Sequence record: PQ471516.1
DNA: 64,000 nt
Strand: one strand, 5' to 3'
The notes beneath the pieces were generated by a model. The model did not search any database. It was given only the letters and a program-made list of their open reading frames with translations, and had not been told where the DNA came from. The translations under genes were made by a program, and so were the position numbers. Shown piece by piece: positions 34,419 to 43,769 of this stretch. The first letter of the stretch is position 1. Every line of letters begins with the position of its first letter.

Positions 34419-34446
34419 TGGACAAAACCGTAAGTACTGATATAAT
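34419..34446 (+). promoter_or_regulatory. sigma70 promoter with AGTACT in the spacer
   Basis: TGGACA-16 nt-TATAAT, extended -10. Confidence 0.7.
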
Positions 34447-34530
34447 GTATGTCATCGGCAGATACAAAAATGCAATCCATTCCTCAATGATGAGGACTTT
34501 CATAAAAAAGAAATAAAAGGGTATTATAAA

Positions 34531-34734
34531 ATGGCTAAAGAAACTAACGCACAAGTACTAGACGTAACTGACTTCGACCGCACTGTGAACTACATCAAGT
34601 TCCAGATTTCTCAAGCTGAAGAAGCTCTGGCTGAATTCCACGGTACTGGTGCAAGGCCAATCCGCTTTGCTCATCTAATCTCTTGGAAAAAATCTCTCCA
34701 AGAAGAACTAAAACGCCTAACTCACGGCGAGTAA
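34531..34734 (+). CDS. small hypothetical protein, highly-expressed codon usage
   Basis: Own promoter and terminator. Confidence 0.8.
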   Translation: MAKETNAQVLDVTDFDRTVNYIKFQISQAEEALAEFHGTGARPIRFAHLISWKKSLQEELKRLTHGE

Positions 34735-34746
34735 GTATTAACCGTC

Positions 34747-34771
34747 GCCCTGTCATTTGACGGGGCTTTTT
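34747..34771 (+). terminator. rho-independent terminator
   Basis: GCCCTGTCA/TGACGGGGC plus T. Confidence 0.75.
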
Positions 34772-34802
34772 AATCACAATCAAATCCTAAAGGTAAAAAT
34801 CA

Positions 34803-35279
34803 ATGGGTATCGAATATATGTTTCTCTTCTTCTGCTTAGGTACACTGGCAGTGATTACATCAGGGTTGGTACTGAACACTTTAATCAGCGGTTCAAAGTA
34901 CTTTGTTACATTCCAATTGCTCATGTCTGCGACACAATATAACAAAACATCTGAAGAAACTATTTCTTTACTACTCGAAAAGGTTTCAGCAAATTTAGTG
35001 GTTGCGAGTTTGTCATCGACTGAATCCAGAATTGAGTTCATGGATATAAATACAAACGAAGTAGTTGCGGAGATTTTTATTGGTAACAAATATTATTTCT
35101 ATGGTACATTACAAAAATACTATGGAAAAACAATGACTGAATTATCAAGAAAACGTCCATCAATCAAAACGCTTAAACGCATTATCAAGTTGGAAAAACA
35201 ACTACTCGGTGACCGCACCGAAAATAAAGAACCACCAGTACAAAATAATAAAAAGAAAAATGTTGTGGAGCTACAATAA
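34803..35279 (+). CDS. membrane-anchored hypothetical protein
   Basis: N-terminal TM. Confidence 0.7.
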   Translation: MGIEYMFLFFCLGTLAVITSGLVLNTLISGSKYFVTFQLLMSATQYNKTSEETISLLLEKVSANLVVASLSSTESRIEFMDINTNEVVAEIFIGNKYYFYGTLQKYYGKTMTELSRKRPSIKTLKRIIKLEKQLLGDRTENKEPPVQNNKKKNVVELQ

Positions 35280-35572
35280 TGACACCAGAAGAATCCAAAC
35301 GAATATTGATTAATGTCCAAGAAGGTCTACTCAATATTATGGGATTAGTAAAAGATTTACCTCAAGGTTATCAGTTTAAAGTTCGTGAAATGTTATCATG
35401 TGCAGAGACAGTAGTTTCAATGTATAATGATATTCAGCATGGTACTATCCCTGATATCCTAACTGAAAAATCAGAGAAGATTGAAGTTTTAGAAGTACCC
35501 GCTGAAGTTAAACAAGAAGAACTACCACCACGAACCGTATTAAAAATCGAAGACTTCGATTTAGACGACTAA
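35279..35572 (+). CDS. hypothetical protein
   Basis: Coupled ORF. Confidence 0.7.
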   Translation: MTPEESKRILINVQEGLLNIMGLVKDLPQGYQFKVREMLSCAETVVSMYNDIQHGTIPDILTEKSEKIEVLEVPAEVKQEELPPRTVLKIEDFDLDD

Positions 35573-35583
35573 CAGGAGAAATA

Positions 35584-35727
35584 ATGAGTAATCAAACGTG
35601 TGATTTAGTACAAAAACTTTTAGATATTCAAGCACAAGGAAAGCAGCTTGACGAAAAACGAGCCAAGATGATTGATGACCTATGTGCTTCTATCCTAGCA
35701 GTATTTGCTGATAGCAAGAAAGATTAA
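35584..35727 (+). CDS. 47-aa microprotein (not in ORF track)
   Basis: MSNQTCDLVQKLLDIQ...; AGGAG SD. Confidence 0.7.
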   Translation: MSNQTCDLVQKLLDIQAQGKQLDEKRAKMIDDLCASILAVFADSKKD

Positions 35728-35742
35728 TCATTATTTTAAATA

Positions 35743-35770
35743 GCCCAGTCTTAGTACTGGGTATTTTTTT
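35743..35770 (+). terminator. rho-independent terminator
   Basis: GCCCAGT/ACTGGGT plus T tract. Confidence 0.7.
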
Positions 35771-35782
35771 AGGTAAATTATC

Positions 35783-36169
35783 ATGAACAAAGAAGAGATC
35801 ACGAACCTTATTAATTCAATATATGAAGAGGTACAGGACGCAAAGAATATTTGTCAACACAGAACAGGTTACTCAACTGTAGGTGAAGTAGAAACTTTGA
35901 AACTTGCGTTATGGACACCTGACCATCTTAACTACGTGGATTGTATAATCCATAGACAAGACACGGGTGGTTATTACTTTATATCCAATTATAACGCAGA
36001 CAAACAATCTCATTTTTATGTGGAGTTTTATCCACATGCGTTTCATATGGTACAATCCGAAGAGGATGAATTTCAAAAACTCACCACTATAGGAACTGAT
36101 GAGAAATGCATTCCCTTTGAACTCTATGAAAAGATGCAGTTCATTACTAGTGCCATGATGTCATATTGA
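35783..36169 (+). CDS. EExFFQxS-motif family protein
   Basis: QSEEDEFQKLTTIGT. Confidence 0.7.
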   Translation: MNKEEITNLINSIYEEVQDAKNICQHRTGYSTVGEVETLKLALWTPDHLNYVDCIIHRQDTGGYYFISNYNADKQSHFYVEFYPHAFHMVQSEEDEFQKLTTIGTDEKCIPFELYEKMQFITSAMMSY

Positions 36170-36215
36170 CTAGTACTGAAAACTGTGCTATTCTTGTGTT
36201 TTAAATAGGAGATAT

Positions 36216-36722
36216 TTGATGCTCATTACACATGTACCTGAAAGTATTACTGAAATTCTAAACAAAGTTAATGTTAATGAATTTGAACGAACGGTAAGAA
36301 AACAGGATACTTACCACTATAAGCACAAAGATGGCGATCACCAAATAAACATAGATCTTAGTTATCAAACACTAACAATTAAAATGGTAACACGTTGGGA
36401 CTTTGTTCGCAAAGACAGTATTATGCTTAATTTGGATAAAGGTATTATTAGAAAATTCTTCTCTGAATCAAATGGTATCTATCCAAACAATAATAGAATT
36501 TTAACATATCAGTACTTAACTGATGAAGCTGTACATTTCCAGGAGAGCTTAATTTGTGATAACAAGTACTTTCCTAGTATGTCTGATGTTTTGAAATTAA
36601 AAGAACTATATGACTATTACTATAATGATACTAACCTTTGGGATGATGAAATGGAAAAACGTCAAAGGGAACGTAACAAAAATAAAGTCTGGACTGGTTC
36701 ACATTGGATGACACGAAAATGA
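36216..36722 (+). CDS. EExFFQxS-motif family protein
   Basis: TDEAVHFQESLICDN. Confidence 0.75.
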   Translation: MMLITHVPESITEILNKVNVNEFERTVRKQDTYHYKHKDGDHQINIDLSYQTLTIKMVTRWDFVRKDSIMLNLDKGIIRKFFSESNGIYPNNNRILTYQYLTDEAVHFQESLICDNKYFPSMSDVLKLKELYDYYYNDTNLWDDEMEKRQRERNKNKVWTGSHWMTRK

Positions 36723-37132
36723 ATCAATGCTACGAAATTGATGTAACAAAACCTGAAACAAGCACTTTGGAAGCGTTGGAAGACACATTAACAGTACTAC
36801 AATCTCCTGACAAAGAAACAACATTAGTAACCATTGAATACAAGGATTGTACTGTTGATGCTGGAAAACATCCAGAGTGGAAAGCACACCAATATTACTC
36901 AATATACATTCGCTATGAAAATTTCATAACTGATATGGCCTACGCAGAGGACTATCTGTTACTGGAGAATCATTTTGTATTCAAACAAAAAGAATACATG
37001 TATTGTACTCCTGAATATCTCGAAGAAGAAGAATTTCAGTATTCTTTGGTACAGGATGAAGTTGAGTACAACAAAGTATTAGTACTGTCAAAAATACATA
37101 AAATACTAAAGGATAAATATGTCACACAGTGA
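36719..37132 (+). CDS. EExFFQxS-motif family protein
   Basis: LEEEEFQYSLVQDE. Confidence 0.75.
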   Translation: MNQCYEIDVTKPETSTLEALEDTLTVLQSPDKETTLVTIEYKDCTVDAGKHPEWKAHQYYSIYIRYENFITDMAYAEDYLLLENHFVFKQKEYMYCTPEYLEEEEFQYSLVQDEVEYNKVLVLSKIHKILKDKYVTQ

Positions 37133-37289
37133 ATGGATGTACTTTATGAAACAAAAATATGCACCTCCTTTAAACGAAAGTATTAGCTACATTCACTGGA
37201 ATGTAATCAAAAACCCTTCGTTATATAAACGATATTTCGTAGAACCAAATACTGGTTGGTTTTTAATGGAACTTATTTTTAGGGATTAA
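37119..37289 (+). CDS. MTHEEW-family microprotein 1 (56 aa)
   Basis: MSHSEWMYFMKQKY...WFLMELIFRD. Confidence 0.75.
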   Translation: MSHSEWMYFMKQKYAPPLNESISYIHWNVIKNPSLYKRYFVEPNTGWFLMELIFRD

Positions 37290-37291
37290 TC

Positions 37292-37453
37292 ATGACACAT
37301 GAAATTTGGTTAAACTTAATGGCACACGATTTAAAACGAAGTATTAAACACTGGGATCTATATCTGATGATGACTATCAATTCACCTGTGTACTATAAAT
37401 CAGTACTAGATGCTTCGGCCCTTACTTTCATTGCAATTTCTATGAGTAGATAA
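37292..37453 (+). CDS. MTHEEW-family microprotein 2 (53 aa)
   Basis: MTHEIWLNLMAHDL... Confidence 0.75.
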   Translation: MTHEIWLNLMAHDLKRSIKHWDLYLMMTINSPVYYKSVLDASALTFIAISMSR

Positions 37454-37454
37454 T

Positions 37455-37619
37455 ATGTCATACGATGAATGGTTTGGTATGTGTCTCAAGAGATATTACG
37501 GAGACATATACTATTTTGAGAATTTCATTTATAATTGTTTACGCAATAAAGATGAATACTATTCTAATATAGTTGTAAATGACGATTTCAGTACTTACAT
37601 AGGTATATGTTTATCATGA
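37455..37619 (+). CDS. MTHEEW-family microprotein 3 (54 aa)
   Basis: MSYDEWFGMCLKRYY... Confidence 0.75.
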   Translation: MSYDEWFGMCLKRYYGDIYYFENFIYNCLRNKDEYYSNIVVNDDFSTYIGICLS

Positions 37620-37627
37620 GGTAACTA

Positions 37628-37813
37628 ATGACATATCTAGACTGGGTTGAACGCATGGATAGAATATTTGCCAATGACGTTTTTTATTTCAGAACAGGGG
37701 GTCTGGATAAAAGCATCAAAGACGATACTCTGTTTACCAGATGTATCATTGACTATCTGAATTGTTATGGTACAATGTATGGAATAGCCCGTACTACGGA
37801 TAAAGATGAATGA
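37628..37813 (+). CDS. MTHEEW-family microprotein 4 (61 aa)
   Basis: MTYLDWVERMDRIF... Confidence 0.75.
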   Translation: MTYLDWVERMDRIFANDVFYFRTGGLDKSIKDDTLFTRCIIDYLNCYGTMYGIARTTDKDE

Positions 37814-37983
37814 CACATAACGAATGGTTGGTACAAACTGAACACTCGGTTATTCCAGGTATGAAATTTTGGAATGAACAGTTGATGCACTTCGTAAGTA
37901 ATAAAGTGTATTATGATGCATTCTTTGGAAAACATGCTACAATTGAGGTTCATGTGTATTATGCTATTGCATTTGGTGATTAA
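37810..37983 (+). CDS. MTHEEW-family microprotein 5 (57 aa)
   Basis: MTHNEWLVQTEHSV... Confidence 0.75.
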   Translation: MTHNEWLVQTEHSVIPGMKFWNEQLMHFVSNKVYYDAFFGKHATIEVHVYYAIAFGD

Positions 37984-37986
37984 TTT

Positions 37987-38151
37987 ATGAAATATGACCA
38001 TTTAAAATACTATGCTGATAGAATAAATTATTATCCCTTTTATATAAGAAGCTTAGATGCATTAATATCAAAAAAAGTTGTATATAAACGATCTCAAGCT
38101 GATCTAACCAATATAGCATTCATTCTTGCAGTACTGTCTAAAATGGGATAA
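37987..38151 (+). CDS. MTHEEW-family microprotein 6 (54 aa, diverged)
   Basis: MKYDHLKYYADRI...FILAVLSKMG. Confidence 0.6.
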   Translation: MKYDHLKYYADRINYYPFYIRSLDALISKKVVYKRSQADLTNIAFILAVLSKMG

Positions 38152-38176
38152 TGTTAAATTAGGATGAATACAAAAT

Positions 38177-38368
38177 ATGACACATGAACAATGGATGAAA
38201 CAATTCAGTGAGGATTATAAAGCTGCCATATCCTTTTATGGAAAAAGATTCAACTATCTTTTTTGTAGTGAATATCATTATAGAAGTATAGTTCTTTATG
38301 AACAAATGGACGGTGAAAAACCTGCTGCTCATTGGGTTGTAATGTACATACTTGCTATGTCAAAATAA
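38177..38368 (+). CDS. MTHEEW-family microprotein 7 (63 aa)
   Basis: MTHEQWMKQFSEDY... Confidence 0.8.
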   Translation: MTHEQWMKQFSEDYKAAISFYGKRFNYLFCSEYHYRSIVLYEQMDGEKPAAHWVVMYILAMSK

Positions 38369-38393
38369 CACAAAAAATATTTTAATAAATATA

Positions 38394-38421
38394 TAGACAA
38401 CAACGTTATGTGTGATATAAT
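38394..38421 (+). promoter_or_regulatory. sigma70 promoter of the tRNA cluster
   Basis: TAGACA-16 nt-TATAAT with extended -10. Confidence 0.7.
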
Positions 38422-38479
38422 GTTTGTCCTGAAGGAGAAAAGCATGAACGATGAATTCGACGGCTTTTAAATAATACAT

Positions 38480-38643
<164 letters not shown>

Positions 38644-38658
38644 ATAAAGGTTTATTTT

Positions 38659-39048
38659 ATGCATAGTACTGATGTGATATTACACGGAGTGAGATGTACA
38701 AATTTACTTTTGGTATCATATATACCAGCACGTGTAAATCGTCAAGACATGGTATATCCAACTTCTAATACAGCAGTGCTAAAAGATGATACACAACTCG
38801 CCTACCGTTATACATTCGCTTATTCACCATATAGTGCTTTGCATGTTATCTTCAAAGAAGATGGTACAGTACAAGTGAAATATGTTGATAATGATAAGTT
38901 TAACGATGCTATCATCTCCAACTTCACTATACATGATACTGAAGAAGAGTTATTCATGAAAAGTACTATACAAAATGATTTCGGTATAGGCTCTAAAGAA
39001 ATTGAAACATTTCGCTTGATCTGGGATGAGTATTTTGGTACAATTTAG
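38659..39048 (+). CDS. EExFFQxS-motif family protein
   Basis: DTEEELFMKSTIQND; start moved to ATG 38659 (the track start lies in tRNA genes). Confidence 0.75.
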   Translation: MHSTDVILHGVRCTNLLLVSYIPARVNRQDMVYPTSNTAVLKDDTQLAYRYTFAYSPYSALHVIFKEDGTVQVKYVDNDKFNDAIISNFTIHDTEEELFMKSTIQNDFGIGSKEIETFRLIWDEYFGTI

Positions 39049-39080
39049 TACTGATAAATATTAATGAAAGGTATAGAGAA

Positions 39081-39278
39081 ATGACTAAATCCGAACTTCT
39101 GGCTTTATTAGAAAATTATCCAGATGATGCATGTATTGAAGTTGTGCATACTGCACAACATTTTGACATTGAAGATGTTGTACGATACAATGACAAAGGT
39201 GTGATGATTATGGAACTATGCATCGGTGCTTTGAAAACTGTACCAGAATCAACTAAACGAAACTCCCTAAAGGAATAA
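39081..39278 (+). CDS. hypothetical protein
   Basis: MTKSELLALLENYPDD... Confidence 0.75.
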   Translation: MTKSELLALLENYPDDACIEVVHTAQHFDIEDVVRYNDKGVMIMELCIGALKTVPESTKRNSLKE

Positions 39279-39284
39279 AATATT

Positions 39285-39518
39285 ATGGAAACTAATACAA
39301 TTTTAGATGTAGTAAACAGTGTTAATACTGGTGACTTTGTTCACATTCTTTTATCCAACATCCGTGTTAAGGGTATTGTTGAAAGTGTTGATTCTGAAGT
39401 TCTAACTATTGTTGAAGTTGATCCATACGACAATAATAAATCAGTTCGTCTGTGCATTGATGTTTCCAAAATTGTAGCACTCGGTACAGAAATTATTACT
39501 GAAGAAACTAATCTATAA
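39285..39518 (+). CDS. small beta-barrel (Sm/SH3-like pattern) protein
   Basis: VHILL..IRVKGIVESVDSEVLTI...LCIDVSKIVAL. Confidence 0.5.
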   Translation: METNTILDVVNSVNTGDFVHILLSNIRVKGIVESVDSEVLTIVEVDPYDNNKSVRLCIDVSKIVALGTEIITEETNL

Positions 39519-39527
39519 AACGACAAT

Positions 39528-39606
<79 letters not shown>

Positions 39607-39660
39607 CTTAAGAGGATTTAATATGTTTAAAGATGAACGTCCAGATTTGTAAAATAATCA

Positions 39661-39689
39661 TTGACTAAATAATCCAGTACTGATAAAAT
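39661..39689 (+). promoter_or_regulatory. sigma70 promoter with AGTACT in the spacer
   Basis: TTGACT-17 nt-TAAAAT. Confidence 0.75.
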
Positions 39690-39695
39690 AAATTT

Positions 39696-39785
<90 letters not shown>

Positions 39786-39789
39786 ATAT

Positions 39790-39871
<82 letters not shown>

Positions 39872-39892
39872 ATTTTAATTTAAGGTGTATCC

Positions 39893-40057
39893 ATGACGCA
39901 TGAAGAATGGATGAATGATATTAATTTTAGATATTCGGGTATCGGTAGTTGGCGAAAATATCATTGGGAAATTATATCAGACCCAGCAGAATACGATAAA
40001 CTTATAAACCATGAAGTATATCCGTGGTTCTTTATTGAAATAATGGTACGAATATGA
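39893..40057 (+). CDS. MTHEEW-family microprotein 8 (54 aa)
   Basis: MTHEEWMNDINFRYSGIGSW... Confidence 0.8.
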   Translation: MTHEEWMNDINFRYSGIGSWRKYHWEIISDPAEYDKLINHEVYPWFFIEIMVRI

Positions 40058-40218
40058 CGCATGAAGAATGGATGAATGATATTAATTTTAGATATTCGGG
40101 TTTCGGTAAATGGCTAAAGTATCATTGGGAATTTATTACTGATCCTCAAATGTACGATAAACTTATAAATGATCAAGCATATGAAATTTACTTATTTGAA
40201 ATACTGGTCAGAACATGA
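40054..40218 (+). CDS. MTHEEW-family microprotein 9 (54 aa)
   Basis: MTHEEWMNDINFRYSGFGKW...; ATGA coupled. Confidence 0.8.
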   Translation: MTHEEWMNDINFRYSGFGKWLKYHWEFITDPQMYDKLINDQAYEIYLFEILVRT

Positions 40219-40379
40219 CGCATGAAGAATGGATGAGAAAACAAAAGCTAACATGGAATCCTTATTGTTACCAGTTAGACCCAAGAATGTGGGATGTGAT
40301 ACGTATTAAATGTATGTACAAATCATTTCTTGGTGATATAATGGATGTTGAAGTACTGATGAATTTAGTACATCGATAA
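40215..40379 (+). CDS. MTHEEW-family microprotein 10 (54 aa)
   Basis: MTHEEWMRKQKLTW...; ATGA coupled. Confidence 0.8.
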   Translation: MTHEEWMRKQKLTWNPYCYQLDPRMWDVIRIKCMYKSFLGDIMDVEVLMNLVHR

Positions 40380-40409
40380 TAAAAATCTTATTTAAATGGG
40401 ATTGATATC

Positions 40410-41043
<634 letters not shown>

Positions 41044-41049
41044 CAAATC

Positions 41050-41354
41050 GGGCCATTAGCTCACGGTGGTTAGAGCAAACGACTCATCGACAATGGTGAC
41101 TTTCATCAGTAATGGTGATTGAAAAACTGGATGAATTCAGGGAAATCTTAACACGTAATGGTGATGACAATCCTGAGCCAAGCCCAATAAGCGTATTGGG
41201 AAGGTGCAGAGACTAGATGGTACAGTACGTTCTTACTGTGTAATACATCATTAGCGTCCGGCATCCCTATGGGATGATGATATAGTCCGTACTATTGTGA
41301 AAACTATAGATTATACGAATCGTTAGGTACTGTGTTCGACTCACAGATGGCTCA
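41050..41354 (+). tRNA. trnI: intron-containing tRNA-Ile2(CAU): exons 41050-41087 and 41318-41354
   Basis: Spliced cloverleaf GGGCCAT/ATGGCTC, GCTC/GAGC, AACGA-CTCATAA-TCGTT, CTGTG-TTCGACT-CACAG; C4-G69 and C5-G68 as in Ile2. Confidence 0.9.
41088..41317 (+). mobile_element. group I self-splicing intron (230 nt, no ORF)
   Basis: P AATTCAGGGAAA, Q AATCCTGAGC, R GTGCAGAGACTAGA, S ATGATATAGTCC; P1 U-G at the 5' splice site; terminal G41317. Confidence 0.92.
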
Positions 41355-41373
41355 CAAACTTTGAAATAAAATA

Positions 41374-42078
41374 ATGAAAATAAAATTAGAATATCCATAC
41401 AGTAATGATTGGAAGAATGGGTATATACAGATAAACCCTGAAGGTAGAAGAACTGTAATACTTTATAATTCTCCAACTGATAGAAGCAGTACTCAATATG
41501 CTAGATATCTATTAGCAGTAAAAGAAGGTAGATATTTAACTGAGTCTGAAGAAGCAGACCACATTGATAATGATTTCACAAATGATGATTTGTCTAATTT
41601 ACAAATACTTCATGTTGATGAACATCGTTATAAAACACATAAGAATGGAGTACAAGCACGATATGATTCATTTGTATGTGCTTGTTGTAATACGGAATTT
41701 TCCCGTAGACATACTAAAGTGAAATCATATACAAAATATTGTAGTGTTGAGTGTTCACAAAAAATGGTCAAGCCTCCGTCAAATACAAAGGGTGGTGAAA
41801 CATCAGTTGATTATGAAAAGGTAAAAGAATATATTAACCAAGGTTTGTTAGATACTGAAATTGCTAAAATAATGAATATTAGCAAAGGTTCCGTACTAAA
41901 TTATAGAACCAAAAATAATATACCATCAAAACATTTTGAGAAAGTAAGGATATTAGAAGATAATATTACTGAGATCAGAAAACGTTTGACAGATGGTGAG
42001 AAGAAGGTTAAGATATATGAAAGTTATGGTGTTTCGAAGAATGTATTTGCTAGGTTTTTAAAACGCCATAATATGTAA
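41374..42078 (+). CDS. free-standing HNH homing endonuclease
   Basis: ADHIDNDFTNDDLSNLQIL..H; CxxC...YCSxxC zinc module; two C-terminal HTH-like repeats. Confidence 0.85.
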   Translation: MKIKLEYPYSNDWKNGYIQINPEGRRTVILYNSPTDRSSTQYARYLLAVKEGRYLTESEEADHIDNDFTNDDLSNLQILHVDEHRYKTHKNGVQARYDSFVCACCNTEFSRRHTKVKSYTKYCSVECSQKMVKPPSNTKGGETSVDYEKVKEYINQGLLDTEIAKIMNISKGSVLNYRTKNNIPSKHFEKVRILEDNITEIRKRLTDGEKKVKIYESYGVSKNVFARFLKRHNM

Positions 42079-42085
42079 TAAATAA

Positions 42086-42159
42086 GACTCTGTAGCACAA
42101 TTCGGTGGTGCGAACGACTGTTAATCGTTAGGTTGGGGATTCGAGTTCCTCCAGAGTCG
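42086..42159 (+). tRNA. trnN: tRNA-Asn(GUU)
   Basis: GACTCTG/CAGAGTC, AACGA-CTGTTAA-TCGTT, G73. Confidence 0.92.
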
Positions 42160-42165
42160 CAAATC

Positions 42166-42294
42166 ATTGGACACATTAATCTTCGATGGTAATGCTGGTT
42201 AATATCTTACGGCTGTAAAATGCAATACATTACATATTGCTTCAGGTACAGAGATATAAAGATTAATTAATAAGGTATCCTTATTTTGTCCAAT
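42166..42294 (+). ncRNA. putative pseudoknotted structured RNA
   Basis: Six perfect helices plus a 6-bp pseudoknot (see findings). Confidence 0.65.
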
Positions 42295-42323
42295 CCTTAA
42301 TAACTAGAAATGGTGGAACAAAA

Positions 42324-42770
42324 ATGAAAGGTGTTTCAATTTTTTACGATTACCATGAACAAGGTTTACCACATCAGATTGCTGGAATCTATTCTACGTC
42401 TGATAAAACAGAAGAAGAGATGCGTACTGAATTATTGTCTCTAATCGGTTCTCAAAGTTTCCATGAACGTGATCAACCAATTTTCATTAACCACACACAT
42501 TTGTATGCAAAAAGTTTGCTAGGTGAAGAACTTGATAAAAAGGTGGAATACACGTTAAAACAGTTCTTCCCATTTGCACTTGATTTAGTTGGCTTCCAGT
42601 CATCCGAATTCAAGTTCATGTACTATGATGGTGATGCATATGAGTTTATTTGGAACAATCGTTATCATAAACAATTGCACCAACATCGTTTAGATCTTCA
42701 ACACGAAGCGGCTGAAGCATATAAAGCAAAACGAGAAGCACAGAGGCGTGAAGGTAAAGTACAGAAATGA
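42324..42770 (+). CDS. hypothetical protein
   Basis: ORF with GGTGG SD. Confidence 0.75.
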   Translation: MKGVSIFYDYHEQGLPHQIAGIYSTSDKTEEEMRTELLSLIGSQSFHERDQPIFINHTHLYAKSLLGEELDKKVEYTLKQFFPFALDLVGFQSSEFKFMYYDGDAYEFIWNNRYHKQLHQHRLDLQHEAAEAYKAKREAQRREGKVQK

Positions 42771-43069
42771 TAGAATCTATCTTATGTGTACTGTTGCCAA
42801 TTTTAGTAGTTGCTTTGATATGTCTTTATTATGGTTACAGTACTGTAATTGATAAAAAGCAAGTTTACGTCATTACATTCAGTACTACGCATATTGAGTT
42901 TGGTAATGTACACCCTGGTATCAGTTATATTGCATATCGTTGTAAGTACTTCCATAAGTTCAAATCTTATGATATGATCTATTACTGTGATGAATCCAAC
43001 GTGAATCGTTATATTGACATAAACGATGAATCGAAAAAATCGTTTTATAGTTTTAAAGAATTAAAATAA
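42767..43069 (+). CDS. membrane-anchored hypothetical protein
   Basis: N-terminal TM. Confidence 0.7.
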   Translation: MIESILCVLLPILVVALICLYYGYSTVIDKKQVYVITFSTTHIEFGNVHPGISYIAYRCKYFHKFKSYDMIYYCDESNVNRYIDINDESKKSFYSFKELK

Positions 43070-43081
43070 ATGGAGACGGAT

Positions 43082-43330
<249 letters not shown>

Positions 43331-43409
43331 TTTTTAATTGACACAACTTTGAATGAGGTGTATTATGTTCCAAGAAGAAAACTGGGGTTTTTAACATAAA
43401 GGGGAATGT

Positions 43410-43517
<108 letters not shown>

Positions 43518-43600
43518 AAATGATAAATAATACAGTAAGATGACCTCCCCTCAATACGAAAGAGTATGGAGACTTGTTGGTTATCTTACTTCTTAAATTA

Positions 43601-43673
43601 GCCTTCTTAACTCAGTTGGTAGAGTAATCGCCTTGTAAGCGATAAGTCATCCGTTCAAGTCGGATAGAGGGCA
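43601..43673 (+). tRNA. trnT: tRNA-Thr(UGU) copy 1
   Basis: GCCTTCT/AGAGGGC, ATCGC-CTTGTAA-GCGAT. Confidence 0.92.
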
Positions 43674-43675
43674 CA

Positions 43676-43757
<82 letters not shown>

Positions 43758-43769
43758 TAAAGGTGAACA

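Noticed and set aside
39893-40379. CRISPR-like repeat-spacer array
   Set aside because: Repeats are the 5' ends of coupled ORFs with 161-bp periodicity; no cas genes
41085-41087. tRNA-Met or fMet identity for the CAU tRNA
   Set aside because: G1-C72 pair, no GGG/CCC anticodon stem, and C4-G69/C5-G68 favour Ile2 (lysidine); not fully excluded
42166-42294. Theta/HDV, twister or hammerhead ribozyme assignment
   Set aside because: Could not place their conserved catalytic motifs; left as an unknown RNA
43534-43590. SRP 4.5S RNA
   Set aside because: Lacks the conserved helix 8 CAGG/GGAA/AGCAG motifs
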